NCBI GenBank assembly: GCA_951406725.2
Contig: OX597830.1
Span: forward strand, 11,098,001 to 11,162,000
Direction: 5' to 3'
From: Octopus vulgaris
Lineage: Eukaryota
DNA length: 64,000 bases
Shown here: piece by piece, positions 57,737 to 64,000 of the stretch
How the letters are laid out: every line of letters starts with the position of its first letter
Position numbering within the stretch: position 1 is the first letter of the stretch
The notes under the pieces: model-generated
What the model was told of the DNA's origin: nothing
Database searches by the model: none
The model's input: only the letters and a program-made list of their open reading frames with translations
Position numbers and translations under genes: made by a program

Positions 57737-60659
57737 AAGAACTTATAAGGAAAGAAATGAGCAAGTAATTAAAATAGAATTTGAATGGAAATAAAAATAA
57801 GAATTTAGGGACAAATGAGTATCATAGAAAAGTATTAAAAATGAATTAATCACTTAAAACCAAGCTTATTATAAGGACGTGGGGAAGTTGTGGTTCTAGG
57901 AGAAAATAGAAGAGAAAGAAAACTATGTGCAAGATCGGCGCAGGAGTGGCTGTGTGGTAAGTAACTTGCTTACAAACCACATGGTTCCGGGTTCAGTCGC
58001 ACTGCGTCACATCTTGGGCAAGTGTCTTCTACTATAGCCTCGGGCCGACCAAAGCCTTATGAGTGGATTTGGTAGACAGAAACTGAAAGAAGCCCGTCGT
58101 ATATATGTATATATATATATGTATGTGTGTCTGTGTTTATCCCCCTAGCATTGTGTGTTTATGTCCCCGTCACTTAGCGGTTCGGCAAAAAGAGACCGAT
58201 AGAATAAGTACTGGGCTTACAAAGAATAAGTCCCGGGGTCGAGTTGCTTGATTAAAGGCGGTGCTCCAGCATGGCCACAGTTAAATGACTGAAACAAGTA
58301 AAAGAGTATAGGCTAAAGGGAAGGAAAGGGTGGGGTGGGGGGAAAGGAAACTACAAAGCAAGAAACTGAGACTAAGAGATACTTATGTGCGTAGAAGTAA
58401 GTATCACTATGAATTTTTTAAAATATTTAACTGTAATTTCTATTGTATTTTTTCTTGTATAGCATTAAAAAAAACCCATTTTGATACATCATTTATGAAA
58501 TTTTGGGTGACTACTTTAGGAAATATTACAATTTGAATGGTCCAAATAAGTAACTATGTTTGGGATGTCATATCTTTGAAATTGAGGTGATAATCATCTT
58601 CAAATTACACAAATTAATAGTGATCATGGTATAGTTGTTGCCTTTATTTTTATCAGATTCTTGGAAAGAAAACTCTTTTTTGCCAATATTCTAAATATTT
58701 ATGTAAGGCCTATTTTGTTATGTGTAACAAATGGTCAATCTTGCAGTTTTTTCAAACCTAGCTAAACCCAAATCTACAAGCCTCAGGAACTTGAGTTTTT
58801 CCACATTTGTAATAGGTATGGAGGTAAATAAGTCATGAGATTTTGGAACATAACACCATTTCAATCAAATTTTGATAGACTGTTGAAAATAGTTATAAAT
58901 GGCAGAGTTTTGGATTTTCTACATTTTGACAGTTTGTTTTGCATCATAGTCTTGGGGATGAGCTTTTTATGACAAAAAATTTATGATTTTTTTTTCCCAC
59001 CAATCCCACACCCTCTGGACCAATTTTGGCACTATGCACTTAAAAGTAATGAGTGAAACCTTTTCAGAAAAAAAAAAATATCAAAATGTTGGAGTGGCTG
59101 TGTGGTAAGTAGCTTGCTAACCAACCACATGGTTCTGGGTTCAGTCCCACTGCATGGCATCTTGGGCAAGTGTCTTCTGCTATAGCCTCGGGCCGACCAA
59201 AGCCTTGTGAGTGGATTTGGTAGACGGAAACTGAAAGAAGCTCATCATAAATATGTTTATATGTATATGTATGTGTGTGTGTTTGTTCCTCTAGCATTGC
59301 TTGACAACCGATGCTGGTGTGTTTACATCCCCATAACTTAGCGGTTCGGCAAAAGAGACCAATCGAATAAGTACTAGACTTACAAAGAATAAGTCCCGGG
59401 GTCGATTTGCTCGACTAAAGGCGGTGCTCCAGCATGGCCGCAGTCAAATGACTGACACAAGTAAAAGAGTAAATGTAAAGATGTGCTGTTTAAGGGAGAT
59501 TTAGCTGTTGTTTCTAGCACATCCTACAACCACCTTATACCTTTCTCAGAATTTCATGTAGACCTAACAAAATGCGAAAATTAATTCTTTGCTTTAAGCA
59601 TTAAAAACAAATTAAAGTCATCCACAACATCTGTAACTTAAGGTAAACTCGTTAGGAGAGAGAAAAAAAAACCTAAACAAATGTGTAGACACTGACAGAA
59701 ATTATCCCAACTCTATTCAAAATCAGAAAAATAAACATCACATCTGACTTTAATAGTCTACAAAATTATATTCATTGTGCAATAAATGAAAGTCAACTTC
59801 ATATTTAAGCCATTATTTTTTCTGTAAGAACCTTCTCTGACATTGAATGAGTCAACTTCCGGTACAAATGTTTATGTTTGGTACGCCTTTTTGCAACAAA
59901 AAATGTTTCAAAAGAATTTCTAGAAATGATCTGCTCATGTAAGGAGTGGCTGTGTGGTAAGTAGCTTGCTAACCAACCACATGGTTCTGGGTTCAGTCCC
60001 ACTGCGTGGCATCTTGGGCAAATGTCTTCTGCTATAGCCCCGGGCCGACCAATGCCTTGTGAGTGGATTTGGTAGACGGAAACTGAAAGAAGCCTGTCAT
60101 ATATATGTATATATATATGTGTGTGTGTGTGTGTGTTTGTCCCCCTAGCATTGCTTGACAACCAATGATGGTGTGTTTACATCCCCATAACTTAGTGGTT
60201 CAGCAAAAGAGACCGATAGAATAAGTACTGGGCTTACAAAGAATAAGTCCCCAGGGTCAATTTGCTCAACTAAAGGTGGTGCTCCAGCATGGCCACAGTC
60301 AAAATGACTGAAACAAGTAAAAAGAGTACCCCCTAAATTTCTTTTTTTTATTTTCACTAAAAAGAAAAGTGCATAAATTACATGGGTTTTTACGGTACTT
60401 TAGTATAACAAAATTGTGCATCTGTACACTTATATACAAATTTACAAGCATACATGTGCACGTTCAAACATGCATGCATACATATACATGAATATAAATA
60501 CATATATATTAATGACAGAAGTCAGATGCAGTACAAGATGCAGCAGTTGAGCAACAACATTTTTTAAGTGTTGCACAGGAAATAGTGCAACAGTTGTCAT
60601 GGCTACAGATAAAGCTTTAGCTATGTACCCTTGCACACAAGACTGCAGCAATTGATGGA

Positions 60660-62490
60660 CCCCAGTTGGCCACCAACACCATTTCTGCTAATAAATATAA
60701 GAGGCCTGCTGCAGAACAACAGCAAATGCAGAATTGCGTGCCTGAAGAATCTTTCTGCATGCAATCAAGCTAAATGCATCGCACTTAGAGAAACACATCA
60801 ATCTGCAGACGTAAATCATGCGGGGTTACTCATACCAATGTATGCTACCTTCCGTACAGACAGAAGAAAAAGAAGCCATAGTGGAGTTGCAGTGTACATC
60901 CGTGAAGATGTCACACCATTAACCCTGCTACCGAACTCAAACTTGGTGTGTGACACACTCATCGTACATCTAAAGCAACTTGATATTGTGCTATGCACAC
61001 TATATACAGTGGAGGCGCAATGGCCCAGTGGTTAGGGCAGCGGACTCGCGGTCATAGGATCGCGGTTTCGATTCCCAGACCGGGCGTTGTGAGTGTTTAT
61101 TGAGCGAAAACACCTAAAAGCTCCACAAGGCTCCGGCAGGGATGGTGGTGATCCCTGCTGTACTCTTTTACCACAACTTTCTCTCACTCTTACTTCCTGT
61201 TTCTGTTGTACCTGTATTTCAAAGGGCCGGCCTTGTCACTCTCTGTGTCACGCTGAATATCCCCGAGAACTGCGTTAAGGGTACACGTGTCTGTGGAGTG
61301 CTCAGCCACTTACACGTTAATTTCACGAGCAGGCTGTTCCATTGATCGGATCAACCGGAACCCTCATCGTCATAACTAACGGAGTGCTTCCATATACAGC
61401 CCACTTGATGCCTCAAATCATGACAGAAAATTTGAGGAATGCCTCAGTGCAATAAAGGAAGTACTAACACAATTGGATCAACATACTACTATATTCCTGA
61501 TGGGTGACTTCAACTTGCCCAACATCAGGTGGCCTGAGGGCAATGTAACCCCAGGAATGACGCACAAAGAACAAAATCAAGCAGAATCTCTACTTAATCT
61601 TAGGAAAATGCTATTTATGGAGCAGATCGTATTCTCCCCAACCAGGCACAAAAATATCCACAACATAAATATATCACCAACAATATTTCCTGACCATAAC
61701 ATGATAGAACTGATAATGTATGACCCAGAATTAACCAAACATATACTCCGCACAGATGGCACTCAAACCCTGTCCAGCCTAAATTTCTATAAGGCTGACT
61801 GGAAGTCACTTGGAAAACAGATACTCAAGTAGGATTGGCCTAAAAGCCTCTCTATGCGAGACATAGATGTGAAACTCAATAAATTCATGTCAATAATGCA
61901 AGCCATATGCATTAAATATGTCCCAGCGAAGAGAGCCAATACACACAAAAACAGCATTCCCTGAGACAGGGGAATACTCATGTGGCAGAGAATTAAGGTC
62001 TCGAATCATTTAAACAAACACCTCAATGACAGTGGGAAATCCTACCTGACAGAGAAACTCTTCGAGACTGAAAATAAACACAGAATCTCCCATGAAAAAG
62101 AAAGAGAAATCTGGGCAATCAAAAATATAAAAATAAATCCTAAAGCCTTCTACATGTTGGCAAAGGAGTTTGCCTCAGTATGCTATCAGATAGGCCACTA
62201 TTTGGCAAAACCAACTCACTAACTGCAGACCTGGGCAAGATAAGTGAAGCACTAAATAAACAATTCCAATGTGTTTTCACTTCTCCACTGGAAAATATGC
62301 AAATAAACAAGCCTGAGGAGTTTTTCAGTGTAACGAATCTAATCAGAAAAGAGGGAACCATCGATTACATCAACATAACAGAAGAGGATGTAATATTGGC
62401 CATTGATGAGATGAGATCAAACTCAGCAATGAGACCAGATGAACTCTCAGCTGTTCTCTTAAAGACATGTGAAACGGCTCTAGCCTTTTT
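60660..62490 (+). pseudogene. Degraded CR1/L2-type LINE ORF2 (APE endonuclease to start of RT), interrupted by a SINE
   Basis: LINIRGL, ALRETH, FRTDR..RSHSGVAVYIRE, FLMGDFNLPNIRW, PDHNMI, NFYKADW, EALNKQFQCVFT. Confidence 0.85.
61010..61391 (+). mobile_element. Second copy of the young tRNA-SINE, inserted in the LINE
   Basis: TSD atatacag; near identity to 6876-7265. Confidence 0.9.
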
Positions 62491-62509
62491 GTTGCAAAAA
62501 GGCGTACCA

Positions 62510-63256
62510 AACATCATATGGTGATAGCTGTGTGAAAAAGTGTCGCATCCTAGTGGAAGAGGTAGACCCAGGAAAACCTGAGATGAGGTAGTGAAGCACG
62601 ACCTTTGAACATTAGGCCTCACCAAGGCAATGACTAGTGACCGAGACCTTTGGAAATATGCTGTGTTTGAGAAGACCCGGCAAGCCAAGTGAGACCATAA
62701 CCCGTGGCCTTTGCCAGTGGTGTAATCAGCCCACTTATGCATACCTTTCCTTCATTGGACACTAAACTCTGCTTGCGAAGACCTGTTGAAGCAAGTGAAT
62801 TTGGATTCGTGCTAGTGGAACATTAAGAGCACCATCCGAGCGTGATCGTTACCAGGGCCGCTGACTGGCTCCTGTGCCGGTGGCACGTAAAAAGCACTAT
62901 TCGAGCTTGATCATTGCCAGTGTCGCCTTACTGGCACTTGTGCAGGTGGCACGTGAAAAACAACATTCGAGCAAGGTCGTTACCAGTGCCTCTGGACTGG
63001 CTCCTGTGCAGCTGCCATGTAAAAAACATCATTTGAGCATGGCCGTTGCCAGTACCGCTTGACTGGCCCTCGTACCAGTGGCACATAAAAACACCCACTA
63101 CACTCATGGAGTGGCTGGCGTTGGGAAGAGCATCCAGCTGTAGAAACTCTTCCAGATCAGATTGGAGCCTGGTGCAGCCATCTGGATTGCCAGTCCTCAG
63201 TCAAACCGTCCAACCCATGCCAGCATGGAAAGCAGACGTTAAATGATGATGATGAT
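62510..63256 (+). mobile_element. RTE LINE 3' end with a repetitive 3' UTR and (GAT)n tail; tail-only copies at about 9385, 26845, 28590(-), 38867, 50125(-), 51745, 53683 and 54255(-)
   Basis: GRGRPRKT*DEVVKHDL...SDRDLWKYAV; shared ggcgttaggaagggcatccagctgtagaaac...acgttaaacgatgat tail. Confidence 0.82.
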
Positions 63257-64000
63257 ATACACATTGCTACTGTGGAGTTGCATATTTTTAATTGAATGTC
63301 TAACAATAAGTCATTATGACTGGTTTCCGTCATGAATTTGATAGATGGGTAAAGTGTTCAGAATGTTATGGAATATTTGTAGATCATCAGTTCATCTTTC
63401 TTTTCTTCTTTTCTCTCTCTAACTAAGCCTCTAAACATTCACCACACACAAACACATGTTTACACACACACATACATACACATATAGATTCAAAATAACC
63501 AAGAACATCTCAACCTCTCCCAAAACACCCTCTTCCCATAATCCAAGAAAACAAATTCAACTCCAGATTTTTGTCAATTAACTCACATAGTGTCTCATTT
63601 GGGACACCACAGTCTGTGACTCTCTTGCTCCTTCCCGTATCGTGAATGCTGTGATTAATGGGAGAGTCACTGCTTCTAAAGCTGAATGAAACAAATCTTT
63701 GAAGTATTGAGACCTGTGGCATTTAAGATATTTGGAGGGACTGGGACACTAACAGCAAAGTTCTTGTCATTGTTGGCAGTTCACTTCACCGAGGTGTCAG
63801 GCGATGCCCCGTGAGGGTGCTTGGTTCTTTTCAATGCCTTAGCCTTACCATCGCTCATGGTAATGCCATGAGCATGCTAGCTTGCTTCAGTAGGTTCCGT
63901 TGAACTTTGTGGTGTGTGACCAATTGAAGTACTTGATGCTATATTGATGAGTTTCTCCTTTTCTTTGTTTTTTTTTTGTTGGAAATTGTAGTTAAGACAC

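Noticed and set aside
58400-59036. Transib-like CACTATG ends
   Set aside because: Both motifs are in the same orientation, and no inverted partner or TSD was found.
62810-63095. Regularly spaced repeats superficially like a CRISPR array (also 53690-53910)
   Set aside because: They are degenerate tandem units of an RTE 3' UTR, with no unique spacers and no cas genes, in a eukaryotic context.

Overview
AT-rich, microsatellite-saturated animal genomic DNA; the repeat landscape suggests an octopod cephalopod, which is an inference. Two host genes are visible on the + strand. The first is the last three coding exons of a group II PLP-dependent decarboxylase (GAD/CSAD/GADL1 family, 5300-8664). The second is the first five coding exons of SLC33A1/acetyl-CoA transporter 1 (44829-56406), which continues beyond the window. 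A 5'-TOP-bearing processed FAU (FUBI) pseudogene is split by a Helitron. The rest is transposon debris: tRNA-SINEs, RTE/CR1/R4-Dong/Tx1 LINE pieces, Penelope-like elements, mariner, a Merlin transposase relic with candidate Merlin MITEs, and Helitrons. The most striking unexplained signal is a recurring class of small fold-back (inverted-repeat) elements, mostly in or next to (TA)n tracts. Their arms carry minimal type-I hammerhead ribozyme motifs, some with compensatory 3-8 core swaps and one fused to a tRNA-derived head. Nearly all supplied ORFs are microsatellite or SINE artefacts. All coordinates and alignments were read by eye.
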